64,000 nucleotides of DNA, taken from a virus. The notes beneath the pieces were generated by a model. The model did no database searches. It had not been told where the DNA came from and saw only the letters and a list, made by a program, of their open reading frames with translations. The translations under genes and the position numbers were made by a program. Positions 37,794 through 47,760 of the stretch are shown here, piece after piece (position 1 is the stretch's first letter; each line of letters starts with the position of its first letter). The stretch covers positions 32,001 through 96,000 of the IMG/VR virus record IMGVR_UViG_3300029787_000002. One strand, given 5' to 3'.

Positions 37794-39263
37794 ATGAATT
37801 TTAAAGAACTACCTGATATGTCTGCTGCCTATCAAGAGGTGCAGGAGAAAACAAAGAAACTCGATCCAGTCGGGAAAGAGGATGGTGACATCAATAATGA
37901 TGGCAAAAAAGATAAAACAGATTCTTATCTTGCTAACCGCAGAAAAGTTATTGGAAATAAACTCAAGAACGAACATCATCAGAAAGATGAAGATGGTAAC
38001 GTCATTGAGCACGAAGAAACTACACCCAGTTCTGTAGAAGAAGGAGCAACTCCTGAGTCTGGTACTGGTAAGTATTATAAAGAGGGCAAACCTACTGCTA
38101 TGCAGAAGGAAAAGCGTGCCAAGATGGAGAAGATCAAGGCATTAACTAATGCAGGTAAGCATAAGGAAGCAAGTGCACTCTACAAGAAAGAAGAAGTAGA
38201 GGAAGTAGAAGAAGGTAGTGCATACGGTATCTACAAAGGTGACGGTAAGGATAAGATCCGAGCACCAAGAATGCAGAAAGGTGCCATGGCATATGATGGT
38301 CCTAACAAGGCAGCATCCGAAGCAAAGGATCGCATTCTTGCTAAGACTAAAGCAAAGATGAAGAAGGAAGCATTTGCTTTCTCTGAAGAAGAACTATTTG
38401 ATTTGTATGAAAACTTTGAAGAGTTTGATAGTGTAACTGATGAAGAACTCGTAGACTTCATGCTTGAGTCTATCTGTGAACTAGCAGAGGACGATCAGGA
38501 TCTTCTGGAAATCTGTGAAGCACTTGAGGAAGTTGAGGTTCTATCTGAAGAGAAGTATAAGCAACTTGAACTCAAGTTAAAACCTTCCAAGATGGATCGA
38601 GTAAAGAGTGCTGCAAAGAAAGCAGGTGGTATGCTCAAGAAAGGTGTTAAGGCAGCAGGTAAGTCTGTCGCTAAGAATACAGGTAAAGCAGTTGGTGAAT
38701 TCCAAGCAGCACGCATCAAAGCAAAGCGTGCATCGATGGAAAAAACTCCTGCTAAGTCCAAGGACGATGATGGTACTGGTGGCAAGTTAGATAAACTTAT
38801 CTCTAGTGTCAAAGGTAAGAAGTCTGACTCTGGCAGCAGCAGTTCTTCAGATAGCAGCAGCAGTTCTTCAGGTGGTAGTTCATCTGGTAGCAGCAGCAGT
38901 GGTGAAACTAGAAGGGCAGCAGGTGGTGCACTCAGGTCTGTAGGTAGACTCCTTAAGAAGGGTCTTAAGAAAGCAGTTGGTAAGACTTCTAGATTAGTAT
39001 CTAAAGGTAGTGACAAACTTGCTAAGAGACTTGGTGAAGACTATGAAACTATCTCTCATCTATATGAGTCAGGTCTGTTCCAAATCTTTGAGATCGAAAA
39101 CGTTATTGCAGAGAACTATCGTGCAATGAGAAATCCTGAGAAGTATGAGAGGGACCAAGAGAAGAGTGACAAGAGAAGTGCTAAACAGAAGAGAATGGCA
39201 GATCCTAAGAGAGGAATTAACTCTCCTGCATTTAAAGAGTTCATGCGTCAGCAAGGTATGTGA
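37794..39263 (+). CDS. Low-complexity, probable internal virion protein
   Basis: KLDPVGKEDGDINNDG motif; alternating acidic and Lys-rich blocks; Ser/Gly tract. Confidence 0.7.
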   Translation: MNFKELPDMSAAYQEVQEKTKKLDPVGKEDGDINNDGKKDKTDSYLANRRKVIGNKLKNEHHQKDEDGNVIEHEETTPSSVEEGATPESGTGKYYKEGKPTAMQKEKRAKMEKIKALTNAGKHKEASALYKKEEVEEVEEGSAYGIYKGDGKDKIRAPRMQKGAMAYDGPNKAASEAKDRILAKTKAKMKKEAFAFSEEELFDLYENFEEFDSVTDEELVDFMLESICELAEDDQDLLEICEALEEVEVLSEEKYKQLELKLKPSKMDRVKSAAKKAGGMLKKGVKAAGKSVAKNTGKAVGEFQAARIKAKRASMEKTPAKSKDDDGTGGKLDKLISSVKGKKSDSGSSSSSDSSSSSSGGSSSGSSSSGETRRAAGGALRSVGRLLKKGLKKAVGKTSRLVSKGSDKLAKRLGEDYETISHLYESGLFQIFEIENVIAENYRAMRNPEKYERDQEKSDKRSAKQKRMADPKRGINSPAFKEFMRQQGM

Positions 39264-39266
39264 TCT

Positions 39267-39917
39267 ATGTTAAGTTTTAAAGCACTTACGGAAAAGAAAT
39301 CTAAGATCCTTGTCAATCCTAAGAAAAAGGATATGATGGAGGTCAAGGGCATGAATCATGGTGAAGACTGTGACTGTAAAAAATGTGAGACAAAACGTAA
39401 AGGGGAGGAAGTACAGGACGGTCCTGATATCAGTACTGAACAAGTAAACCCCCTAAATAAAACACCTACACAAACAACCAACGCTTATGACAGTCAAGAA
39501 GAAGTTTCAGAAGAAAGCAATCAAGAAGAGCGCGATCCAGAAACTTCACTTATACGATTCAGAGAATTTAATGAGGCGACTAGATTAAAGAAGGAGAAAG
39601 GTTACGACAAGGGCGGTACTAGAAAACCTGTCCCAGGAGCAAAACCTTCTGCCATGGACGTAGTAAAAGCACAGATTGCCAAACAATATGGTAAAGGTGC
39701 AATCATCGGTCAAGGTGGCAGCAAACAAGACAAAAAAGTAAAGGGTGCTAAGTCTACTGCAGGTACTGGTAAGTACAAGAAAGCAGCAGATCAGAAAAAG
39801 CAAACAGCATCTGATGCAAAGAAGAGAGGTTTCAAGGACGTCAAGTCTTACACCAACACCATGGCACGCTACGGTGGTAAAGACAACTACGATAAAGGTA
39901 GAGGACTCGGATCTTGA
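39267..39917 (+). CDS. Basic, probable internal virion protein
   Basis: MLSFKALTE leader; internal FREFNEA followed by a Lys/Gly-rich block. Confidence 0.65.
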   Translation: MLSFKALTEKKSKILVNPKKKDMMEVKGMNHGEDCDCKKCETKRKGEEVQDGPDISTEQVNPLNKTPTQTTNAYDSQEEVSEESNQEERDPETSLIRFREFNEATRLKKEKGYDKGGTRKPVPGAKPSAMDVVKAQIAKQYGKGAIIGQGGSKQDKKVKGAKSTAGTGKYKKAADQKKQTASDAKKRGFKDVKSYTNTMARYGGKDNYDKGRGLGS

Positions 39918-40234
39918 AGGTTGACTTAACCAATAACTGCCCTCAGGGGCAGTATTATTGTTTTGATGATAAAAAGTGTAAACCCATGCCTAAAGGTATG
40001 ACTGTAGGAGGAGATGGTATGTTACGCAAAGAAGAACTAACACATCTTAAACAAGATAGAGAGCACAAAGAACGTGACGCTCGTATGAAATATGGTAAAT
40101 CATACAAAGAAGTTCTAAAAAATATGAAAGACAAGAAAGATAAATTATATTCTGACACCAGAAAGAAGGGTGTAAGATTTTACGATAAGAAGGGTTCAGG
40201 GTATATGAAGGATGGTAAGAAGACCTACGATTAG
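39914..40234 (+). CDS. Hypothetical basic protein
   Basis: CPQGQYYC..DKKCKP motif; GVRFYDKKGSGY. Confidence 0.65.
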   Translation: MKVDLTNNCPQGQYYCFDDKKCKPMPKGMTVGGDGMLRKEELTHLKQDREHKERDARMKYGKSYKEVLKNMKDKKDKLYSDTRKKGVRFYDKKGSGYMKDGKKTYD

Positions 40235-40268
40235 AAGCCTATATATTGTAGTTTCTAAAAATTAAATC

Positions 40269-40466
40269 ATGTTAGGTTTTCTATTACCACTCGCTTATAA
40301 AGTAGTTGATTCGGCAGTCGCTAAGATTCCTGAGGATGCAGAACTTGGCGAAAAACTTATCGACATCTGTTTACTAATCATCGGCAAGGCAGTTAAACTG
40401 ACTAAAACTGATGCAGACGACAAACTTTTTGAAAAAGTAAAAGAGTCTCTAGTCACTAGAGGTTGA
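40269..40466 (+). CDS. Small hypothetical protein
   Basis: LLPLA..., T.TDADD motif. Confidence 0.65.
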   Translation: MLGFLLPLAYKVVDSAVAKIPEDAELGEKLIDICLLIIGKAVKLTKTDADDKLFEKVKESLVTRG

Positions 40467-40510
40467 TAAACACCTAAATAAAGAATAGGAAAGATCTTTA
40501 CTGGAGTACC

Positions 40511-41365
40511 ATGGCAATCTACGGAATACTTGACGCCAAGGCAATGGGCACTAACGTTGGAGTTACCAACGCTGATGCTACTGTCACAACTTCGGGAGAC
40601 TTTACGTCCGCCTCCGACAATTTGGTTGAAGTAGGTGATGTATTGGAACTCGGTGGTGTCGCATATATCGTCAAGCAAAGAACTAGTGCAACCGCATTAG
40701 AATTACACAAGAATTATGCAGGATCAACTGCAACAATTACTGCAGCAAACGCAGTACGAAGAACACCTCCTCGTGCAGTAGCAGAATTTGTTATCAAAGG
40801 TGGCGATACTAACTCTTATGAGTTGGTTTTCGTTGACACTACTGAAGCAGCACTTGCAGAAAATAAATCACGAGGTATTACTGGACCAGGATGGTGGCAG
40901 TATCGTACCTTCACCGATCACAATGGTAACACCAGACATAAGACTGAGTGTTTAGCAGTTGTTCATTCAGCATCAGGAGCATCTGGTGATGACACAGATG
41001 ATACAGTCGTAGCAGACGCAGTATCAGCAGTCACTATCAGTTCTCAACCTGCAAACTCTACTTCCTCCTCTGGAGCAGGTACATTCGCAGTCGGTACTGC
41101 TACAACTGGTACACCTGGAACTCTTGCTTTCAAATGGCAGAGACAGACAGCAAACGCTACTACTCGTTGGGTTGATATCGTTGGTGGAGCAGGTGGACTT
41201 GACACTGGCATCACATACGCAGACTTCACAACTGCAACACTTGCATACTCAGCACTGGGTGGAGACACTCTTGATGGTTACAAGTACAGAGTGAAGATCA
41301 CATCAGCAGGTGGTACAGAAGAGATCATCTCAAACGGTGCAGCAACACTAACCTTCAGCAGTTAA
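40511..41365 (+). CDS. Probable virion structural protein with a C-terminal Ig-like domain
   Basis: CTAAATA late promoter upstream; GPGWW.Y.TFTD..G.TRHK.E; TISSQP...KWQRQ...DGYKYRV. Confidence 0.7.
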   Translation: MAIYGILDAKAMGTNVGVTNADATVTTSGDFTSASDNLVEVGDVLELGGVAYIVKQRTSATALELHKNYAGSTATITAANAVRRTPPRAVAEFVIKGGDTNSYELVFVDTTEAALAENKSRGITGPGWWQYRTFTDHNGNTRHKTECLAVVHSASGASGDDTDDTVVADAVSAVTISSQPANSTSSSGAGTFAVGTATTGTPGTLAFKWQRQTANATTRWVDIVGGAGGLDTGITYADFTTATLAYSALGGDTLDGYKYRVKITSAGGTEEIISNGAATLTFSS

Positions 41366-41372
41366 TAACTAA

Positions 41373-41735
41373 ATGAAATTTGACGAATTGAATGAGTCTA
41401 ACTACATTCTTTTCGCCATCAAACATTATGAAAATCCTCACTGTGTTACACGAGAGGATTTTGATGAAGACATAAAACGCTTCAAATACTTGAAGCGGTT
41501 ATTGAAAAGATACTTGAGAGGGGGTCCACTAAGGATCCCTTTGATCTTGAATCACCTCATCATACTTTATAATGTATTTGGCGAAGCAGCAACACCCCTG
41601 CTCTTTTTTAAATTTGAAAGGGAATATTGGTGTTTGCTCAAAACTCTACTTCTTTATTTGAATAAATATCCCATAGGGATGATGCCAAATCTTGACGTAG
41701 ATCCTACACTTAAAGCAGAATTGGACAAGATCTAA
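41373..41735 (+). CDS. Conserved T4-like hypothetical protein
   Basis: FAIKHYENP, EDF.EDIKRFKY.KRL and LILNH.I..YNVFG. Confidence 0.75.
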   Translation: MKFDELNESNYILFAIKHYENPHCVTREDFDEDIKRFKYLKRLLKRYLRGGPLRIPLILNHLIILYNVFGEAATPLLFFKFEREYWCLLKTLLLYLNKYPIGMMPNLDVDPTLKAELDKI

Positions 41736-42277
41736 TGAACGAAGAAATGATGACAGCAGGTACAGGAGGTTTCAGTGGCAGTGCTGCTGCGACAGGTCCT
41801 AATGCGGGTTATGATCCAGTTCTAAATTTTAAGAAAAAGGTACAGAAAAGAAAAAAATTAAAAGTAAAAGAATCCAAAGAAAATCCAACACAACCATCTA
41901 GACTATTTCAATACAAAGTAAAAGTTCCTGGGATCGGTGATACTATTATCTACGCTAATAGTCCTGCTGAACTCAAGATGAAACTCAGATTAACAGTGAT
42001 GCCTCAGTATAGAGGAGACATTAGTATAGAAAGAATCCTTCCTGCTAACGCTGCGAAGTTTTTTATGGATAAGCGGATGAAGCATATGAGAAATGTTAAT
42101 GTTCATGAACAGGCAGGTGATGCCCAGATGAAACAACAACAAACACAGATGAAGATTGCTATAGAAAAGAAGAAAGTGATGCTAAAGAAACAAGAATTAG
42201 CAAAACAACTTCAGATGAAGACCGCACAACTTAAGAAACAAGCAAGGGCAGGAGCAGAACAAGACGCAACGAGGTAA
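41735..42277 (+). CDS. Hypothetical protein
   Basis: Gly-rich start (GTGGFSGSA.ATGP.AGYD) and a C-terminal coiled coil. Confidence 0.65.
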   Translation: MNEEMMTAGTGGFSGSAAATGPNAGYDPVLNFKKKVQKRKKLKVKESKENPTQPSRLFQYKVKVPGIGDTIIYANSPAELKMKLRLTVMPQYRGDISIERILPANAAKFFMDKRMKHMRNVNVHEQAGDAQMKQQQTQMKIAIEKKKVMLKKQELAKQLQMKTAQLKKQARAGAEQDATR

Positions 42278-42660
42278 TGTCTGACATAAACACCGCAATA
42301 TTAGAGAGACTCGAAAGAGTAGTTGATTCCCTACAGGAAAATTCTGTAAAGATGGGACAACTTCTTGCTGTCCATAACGAGAAGTTGGAAAATCAAGATC
42401 AGATTGACCGTGTGTTATTTGAAAAGATTGATAGGTTACATGCGGATCTTACTCGTGATACATCAGAGATAAAAAAGGGGTGCGAACGTGACATCAGAAA
42501 AATCGATGAGCGTCTTAGACTCATGGAAAAGAAAATGTGGTCTATTTTTGGTGCTCTGTCTATTATATCTTTCTTGGTTAGTCCAATCGGACAAAAATTC
42601 CTCGGAGGATCAACAGGGTTGACAAACACAACAAACAGTAGTATCATAGAAAAGCAATAA
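42277..42660 (+). CDS. Coiled-coil protein with C-terminal TM
   Basis: LAVHNEKL and EKKMW.IFGAL; conserved slot upstream of the primase. Confidence 0.7.
   Translation: MSDINTAILERLERVVDSLQENSVKMGQLLAVHNEKLENQDQIDRVLFEKIDRLHADLTRDTSEIKKGCERDIRKIDERLRLMEKKMWSIFGALSIISFLVSPIGQKFLGGSTGLTNTTNSSIIEKQ
42619..42647 (+). promoter_or_regulatory. Sigma70-type promoter for g61-nrdAB
   Basis: TTGACA, 17 bp, TATCAT. Confidence 0.65.
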
Positions 42661-42671
42661 TTCTTTCCTAA

Positions 42672-43658
42672 GTGATCGACTATCACTTTGCCAATCTTGT
42701 ATCGGCACGCTTAGACAAATTTAAAAAGGTAAAGGACGGTACATACAACTTCCGTTGTCCTTATTGTGGTGACTCACAGAAGCATCTCAACAAGGCACGA
42801 GGGTACTTCTTTACTAAAAATTCAGGACTTGTTTACAAATGCCACAACTGTGGTGTAGGCAGGTCCTTTGGTAATTTTTTGAAGGATCAAGCGAACGATC
42901 TCTACGACGAATATGTCATGGAGAGGTACAAGAGTGGACTTACAGGAAAGGGTAGAAACGTTGCTTCCCCTAAGTTTGAAATTAAAAAACCTAAGTTCAA
43001 GAAAAAGGGAAACCTAGAGTCTGTTGCCGATCTAAATAATGAGCACCCCGCAAAAGGATACTTAAAAGGTCGTGGTATTCCAGAGAAATTCTTCTCTGAT
43101 TTATACTATGTGGACTCCTTTTGTACATGGGTCAATACCCAAAAACCTACTTTCACAGATGTCAATAAAGATCACCCCAGAGTTATCATACCTTTCATTG
43201 ACACGCAGGGAGAATGGTTTGGGTTTCAAGGACGATCGTTAAATCCTTCAGATAAACTACGTTACATAACGGTCATGCTTGATGATAATAGAACCAAAGT
43301 TTATGGTTTAGATCGAGTAGATTTTAATAAAACTGTTTACATCACAGAAGGACCGTTAGATAGTCTGTTTATCGACAATGCTATTGCAATGGCAGGAGCA
43401 GACATCGACTGGTCTCTATTGAAAGATAGAGAAGCAGTGTTCGTCTTTGACAATGAACAAAGAAATCCAGAGATTATCAAACGCATGTCAAGTGCTATTG
43501 ATAGGGGATACGAAATTGTTATCTTCCCATCACATTTGGTTGAAAAAGACCTTAATGATATGGCAAGTAGTGGACATGACGTTCAATCTCTGGTAGAATT
43601 CAATACTTACAGTGGACTAGAAGCACACGTTAAACTCAGTGAATGGAAAAAGGTATGA
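42672..43658 (+). CDS. g61: DNA primase gp61
   Basis: CPYCGDS..CHNC zinc domain; TOPRIM motifs EGPLDS, FDNE and KDLND. Confidence 0.95.
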   Translation: MIDYHFANLVSARLDKFKKVKDGTYNFRCPYCGDSQKHLNKARGYFFTKNSGLVYKCHNCGVGRSFGNFLKDQANDLYDEYVMERYKSGLTGKGRNVASPKFEIKKPKFKKKGNLESVADLNNEHPAKGYLKGRGIPEKFFSDLYYVDSFCTWVNTQKPTFTDVNKDHPRVIIPFIDTQGEWFGFQGRSLNPSDKLRYITVMLDDNRTKVYGLDRVDFNKTVYITEGPLDSLFIDNAIAMAGADIDWSLLKDREAVFVFDNEQRNPEIIKRMSSAIDRGYEIVIFPSHLVEKDLNDMASSGHDVQSLVEFNTYSGLEAHVKLSEWKKV

Positions 43659-45955
43659 CACCACCAACAGAAACTAATGTAATCAAAAGAGATGGTGCTA
43701 AGACACCTCTTGATCTTGATAAGATTCATAAAATGGTCGAACTCGCTTGCGAAGGTCTCGCAGGTGTATCCGAGTCGGCAGTTGAGATGAATTCATCACT
43801 TCAAATCTTTGATGGCATTAAGACTTCTGACATCCAAGAGATTCTTATTCGTTCTGCGAATGATTTGATTTCTCTTGAAGCACCCAACTATCAATATGTG
43901 GCAGCAAGACTGCTACTGTTTAGTCTTAGAAAACAAGTATACGGTGAGCATCCAGACCGTCGCCCTAATCTATATCAGCATGTGAAAAAATGCATTGATC
44001 AGGGTGTATACGATGCAGGTATCTTGAGCAAGTATACAGAAGAAGAGTTCAATGTTCTAGATGGTTATCTAGATCATGATCGTGATTACTTGTTCACATA
44101 TGCAGGTATGCGTCAGGTCTCTGATAAATACCTTGTACAATGTCGTAGTACTGGAGAGGTGTATGAAACACCCCAGTTCATGTACATCATGGTTGCTGCG
44201 ACTCTCTTCCAAGATGATGACAAGTTCTATCGATTGGAGTACGTTAAAAAGTATTATGATGCAATCTCAAAACACAAACTCAACATCCCAACGCCAATCA
44301 TGGCAGGGGTCCGAACCCCTATTAGACAATTTGCTAGTTGTGTTCTTGTTGATGTTGATGACACCCTCGATAGTATCTTTAGCAGTGACATGGCGATTGG
44401 TAAATATGTTGCACAACGTGCGGGTATCGGCATCAACGCAGGCAGAATCCGTGGGATCAACAGTAAAATCAGGAGTGGAGAAGTTCAACACACAGGTGTT
44501 GTACCATTCCTCAAAAAATTTGAGGCGACTGTCAGATGCTGCACTCAAAATGGCATTCGAGGTGGAAGCGCGACTGTCCACTTCCCAATCTGGCACCAAG
44601 AAATAGAGGACATTATTGTTCTCAAGAATAACAAAGGGACAGAAGACAACCGAGTAAGGAAACTAGATTATAGTATTCAATTATCAAAATTATTTTATGA
44701 GAGATTCTGTCAGAATGCAGAAATTAGCTTATTCTCACCGCATGACGTACCAGGTCTGTATGATGCTTTTGGTACTGATGACTTTGACACTTTATATCGG
44801 ATGCATGAACTCAATGATGCTGTTCCGAGAAAGACTATCGGGGCACAAAAACTCTTTATGGATATTCTAAAGGAGAGAGCAGAGACTGGTCGTATCTATC
44901 TGATGAACATCGACCACTGTAACACTCACTCTTCCTTTAAAGACAAGGTGAACATGTCTAACCTTTGTCAGGAGATCACTCTACCTACAGATCCTATCCA
45001 ACATATTGATGGTAATGGTGAGATTGCTTTGTGCATTCTATCTGCTATCAACGTTGGTAAGATCAACAAGTTAGATGAACTCGATGAGTTATGTGATCTA
45101 GCAGTCAGAGGATTAGATGCTCTGATTGATTATCAGAACTATCCTGTACTTGCTGCAAAGCAAAGTACGCTTAACCGAAGATCATTAGGAATCGGTTATA
45201 TTGGTCTAGCACATTACCTTGCAAAGAATGGTGCGAAGTATGATTCACAGAAGGCATTCGACCTCGTTCATAAACTGTCTGAGAGGTTCCAGTATGCCCT
45301 TCTAACGACGTCAAATCGTCTCGCCATGGAGAAGGGTCCTTGCGGTTATTTTGGTAAAACAAAGTACGCTGATGGAATTCTTCCCATCGATACATATAAA
45401 CAGGACGTGGATGAAATTGTACCAAATGACCTTTCATGTGATTGGGAGTATCTCAGGGGTAGGATTGTTGAGTACGGATTACGGCACAGCACGTTGTCCG
45501 CACAGATGCCTTCGGAGAGCAGTTCCGTTGTGTCAAATGCAACCAATGGAATCGAACCACCTAGAGACTACTTGTCCGTTAAAAAATCAAAGAAAGGACC
45601 CCTTAAGCAGATTGTTCCATCATATACTACATTAAAGAATAACTATACCCTTCTATGGGATATGCATAACAATGACGGTTACATCAAAGTAACTGCCCTT
45701 ATGCAGAAATTCTTTGATCAAGCAATCTCAGGTAACTGGAGTTATAATCCAGAGAACTATCCTGACAACGAGGTCCCTGTCTCAGTGATGGCAAATGATC
45801 TTCTAACAACTTACAAGTATGGTTGGAAGACGTCGTATTATCAAAACACCTACGACATTAAAAAAGATGGTGAAGAACCTTCTAATAATGTAGATCAGTT
45901 AATCAATGAAATACTAACTACCGAGGAGGAAGATTGTGACAGTTGCAAAGTTTGA
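43655..45955 (+). CDS. nrdA: Ribonucleotide reductase class Ia alpha subunit
   Basis: ATP cone VIKRDG, SNLCQEI, MPSESSS and C-terminal CDSC. Confidence 0.97.
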   Translation: MTPPTETNVIKRDGAKTPLDLDKIHKMVELACEGLAGVSESAVEMNSSLQIFDGIKTSDIQEILIRSANDLISLEAPNYQYVAARLLLFSLRKQVYGEHPDRRPNLYQHVKKCIDQGVYDAGILSKYTEEEFNVLDGYLDHDRDYLFTYAGMRQVSDKYLVQCRSTGEVYETPQFMYIMVAATLFQDDDKFYRLEYVKKYYDAISKHKLNIPTPIMAGVRTPIRQFASCVLVDVDDTLDSIFSSDMAIGKYVAQRAGIGINAGRIRGINSKIRSGEVQHTGVVPFLKKFEATVRCCTQNGIRGGSATVHFPIWHQEIEDIIVLKNNKGTEDNRVRKLDYSIQLSKLFYERFCQNAEISLFSPHDVPGLYDAFGTDDFDTLYRMHELNDAVPRKTIGAQKLFMDILKERAETGRIYLMNIDHCNTHSSFKDKVNMSNLCQEITLPTDPIQHIDGNGEIALCILSAINVGKINKLDELDELCDLAVRGLDALIDYQNYPVLAAKQSTLNRRSLGIGYIGLAHYLAKNGAKYDSQKAFDLVHKLSERFQYALLTTSNRLAMEKGPCGYFGKTKYADGILPIDTYKQDVDEIVPNDLSCDWEYLRGRIVEYGLRHSTLSAQMPSESSSVVSNATNGIEPPRDYLSVKKSKKGPLKQIVPSYTTLKNNYTLLWDMHNNDGYIKVTALMQKFFDQAISGNWSYNPENYPDNEVPVSVMANDLLTTYKYGWKTSYYQNTYDIKKDGEEPSNNVDQLINEILTTEEEDCDSCKV

Positions 45956-47096
45956 CACTAAAGGAATGACCGTATTTAACAAGAATCAAGTAGACACAAA
46001 GAAACAACCAATGTTCTTTGGACAACCATTAGGAGTCCAAAGATATGATGAGTATAAGTATCCTGTCTTTGACAAACTTACTCAGCAACAACTTGGATAC
46101 TTCTGGAGACCAGAAGAAGTATCTTTACAGAAGGATCGTTCCGACTATCAAACTTTGACACCTGAGCAGAAGCACATCTTTACTTCTAACTTGAAGTATC
46201 AGATCATGCTTGATTCTGTACAGGGTAGAGGACCTGGAATGGCATTCATTCCTTACTGCTCCTTACCTGAGTTGGAAGCATGTATGACTGTATGGGAATT
46301 TATGGAAATGATTCATAGTCGTTCCTATACTTACATCATTAAGAATGTATATTCCAATCCTGGAGATGTATTCGATACTATCTTGGATGATGAGAATGTT
46401 ATGTCTCGTGCTAGTAGTGTTACAGCATCCTACGATGACTTCATTGAACATGCACATGATTATGACACTGGTTCAATGTGGGATCTAGCAAGAGATGGTC
46501 ACACAACAGGACTCTATGACAGAAAAGAACTTAAGAGAAAACTCTACAGAGCAATCGCCAACGTCAATATCCTCGAAGGAATCCGTTTCTATGTGTCGTT
46601 TGCGTGCTCGTTTGCTTTTGGCGAAAATAAACTTATGGAGGGTTCGGCAAAGATACTCTCTCTTATTGCTAGAGATGAAAGTCAACACTTGGTTATCACG
46701 CAGAATATCTTGAAGAAGTGGGCAGAAGGAGATGATCCTGAGATGCAAGAGATTGCTACTGAGGAGAAGGATCAAGTACAACATATGTTTATGAAGACTG
46801 TTGATGAAGAGAAGGCATGGGCAAACTACCTCTTTAAAGAAGGTAGTATGATCGGTCTAAATGAAAAACTACTTCATCAGTATGTTGAATGGATTGCTAA
46901 CAAAAGAATGAAAGCAATCGGTTTAGATCCTATCTATGATATTCCTGCTAGGAATAACCCTCTTCCATGGACACAACACTGGTTGAGTTCTAGAGGATTA
47001 CAAAACGCACCACAAGAAACGGAGATTGAAAGTTATGTCGTCGGAGGAATCAAACAAGACCTCAAAGCAGATGCCTTTGCAGGATTCAGTTTATGA
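45936..47096 (+). CDS. nrdB: Ribonucleotide reductase beta subunit
   Basis: FWRPEEV, EMIHSRSY, ARDESQH and APQETE..SY. Confidence 0.97.
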   Translation: MTVAKFDTKGMTVFNKNQVDTKKQPMFFGQPLGVQRYDEYKYPVFDKLTQQQLGYFWRPEEVSLQKDRSDYQTLTPEQKHIFTSNLKYQIMLDSVQGRGPGMAFIPYCSLPELEACMTVWEFMEMIHSRSYTYIIKNVYSNPGDVFDTILDDENVMSRASSVTASYDDFIEHAHDYDTGSMWDLARDGHTTGLYDRKELKRKLYRAIANVNILEGIRFYVSFACSFAFGENKLMEGSAKILSLIARDESQHLVITQNILKKWAEGDDPEMQEIATEEKDQVQHMFMKTVDEEKAWANYLFKEGSMIGLNEKLLHQYVEWIANKRMKAIGLDPIYDIPARNNPLPWTQHWLSSRGLQNAPQETEIESYVVGGIKQDLKADAFAGFSL

Positions 47097-47247
47097 TGAC
47101 CTTTTAGATAAGGGAAATGAGATTGGTCCAGACGTGACAGACATGCTCTGGACTGCTGCTAAGAAGGAAGCATTAAGAAATATTAAAGAATAGAATAAAT
47201 TGTTCTAAAATGTAACGAGGTGAACTACAAATGTCAGGAAACTGTGT

Positions 47248-47255
47248 TATAAATA
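47248..47255 (+). promoter_or_regulatory. Late promoter / extended -10-like element
   Basis: TG-T-TATAAATA. Confidence 0.7.
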
Positions 47256-47260
47256 TAACA

Positions 47261-47293
47261 GTAGCAAAGAATACATTATGTATCCGCTGCTAC
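47261..47293. promoter_or_regulatory. Two NtcA-type boxes in an inverted repeat
   Basis: GTAGCAAAGAATAC (47261-47274) and GTATCCGCTGCTAC (47280-47293), each GTA-N8-TAC. Confidence 0.55.
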
Positions 47294-47299
47294 CGTCTA

Positions 47300-47551
47300 C
47301 GTTCATCACCTTCGGGTGACGCAAGTAGGTCGCGGAACGGAGCGTTCATCTCATGATACACTTAGTCGGACTACTACTAGCAAGTGGCATGACCTGTGCC
47401 GATATATCTGCAAAGATGGATCGAGTCAGGAACCATAAAGATCCATCACTAACTCCTGTTGCAAAGCAGGAAATTATTGAGGTCTATAGGATACATTTGG
47501 TGGAAGTATTAGGACTACAGTGCGACTGGGACGCAAACGACTGAAGGAACG
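47300..47551 (+). ncRNA. Tandem glutamine-riboswitch (glnA-type) aptamers
   Basis: Aptamer 1 is CGTTCA-TCACC-TTCG-GGTGA-CGCAAGTAGGTCGCG-GAACG (47300-47339). Aptamer 2 is CGTTCA-TCTCA-[ORF]-TGGGA-CGCAAACGACTGAAG-GAACG (47343-47551). Confidence 0.75.
47353..47544 (+). CDS. Small protein nested in riboswitch aptamer 2
   Basis: 63-aa ORF with a hydrophobic start and two Cys, ending CDWDAND. Confidence 0.65.
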   Translation: MIHLVGLLLASGMTCADISAKMDRVRNHKDPSLTPVAKQEIIEVYRIHLVEVLGLQCDWDAND

Positions 47552-47615
47552 GGTAAACGGATCCACCGCAAGGTGAGAAGGTTAACTATCCAACTACTTT
47601 AGGAGAAAAAAACAA

Positions 47616-47750
47616 ATGGCAAAAGTCGTTTACCGTGGGGTTCAATACAACCCAGAGGAGTACAAGGCAAAAGTACTCGCAGAAGCAGCACAAGAAAGAA
47701 ATCACGAACTTATGTATCGTGGTATCAAACTTGTAAAAAACTATAAGTGA
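47616..47750 (+). CDS. DUF4278-like small protein (not in the ORF track)
   Basis: AGGAG RBS; MAKVVYRGVQY...ELMYRGIKL with two YRG motifs. Confidence 0.8.
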   Translation: MAKVVYRGVQYNPEEYKAKVLAEAAQERNHELMYRGIKLVKNYK

Positions 47751-47760
47751 GGTTAGAACT

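Noticed and set aside
38831-38902. AGCAGCAGTTCTTCA tandem repeats
   Set aside because: They simply encode a Ser/Gly low-complexity linker.
47212-47228. GTA...TAC palindrome upstream of the riboswitch promoter
   Set aside because: The spacer is 11 bp, not the 8 bp of an NtcA box.
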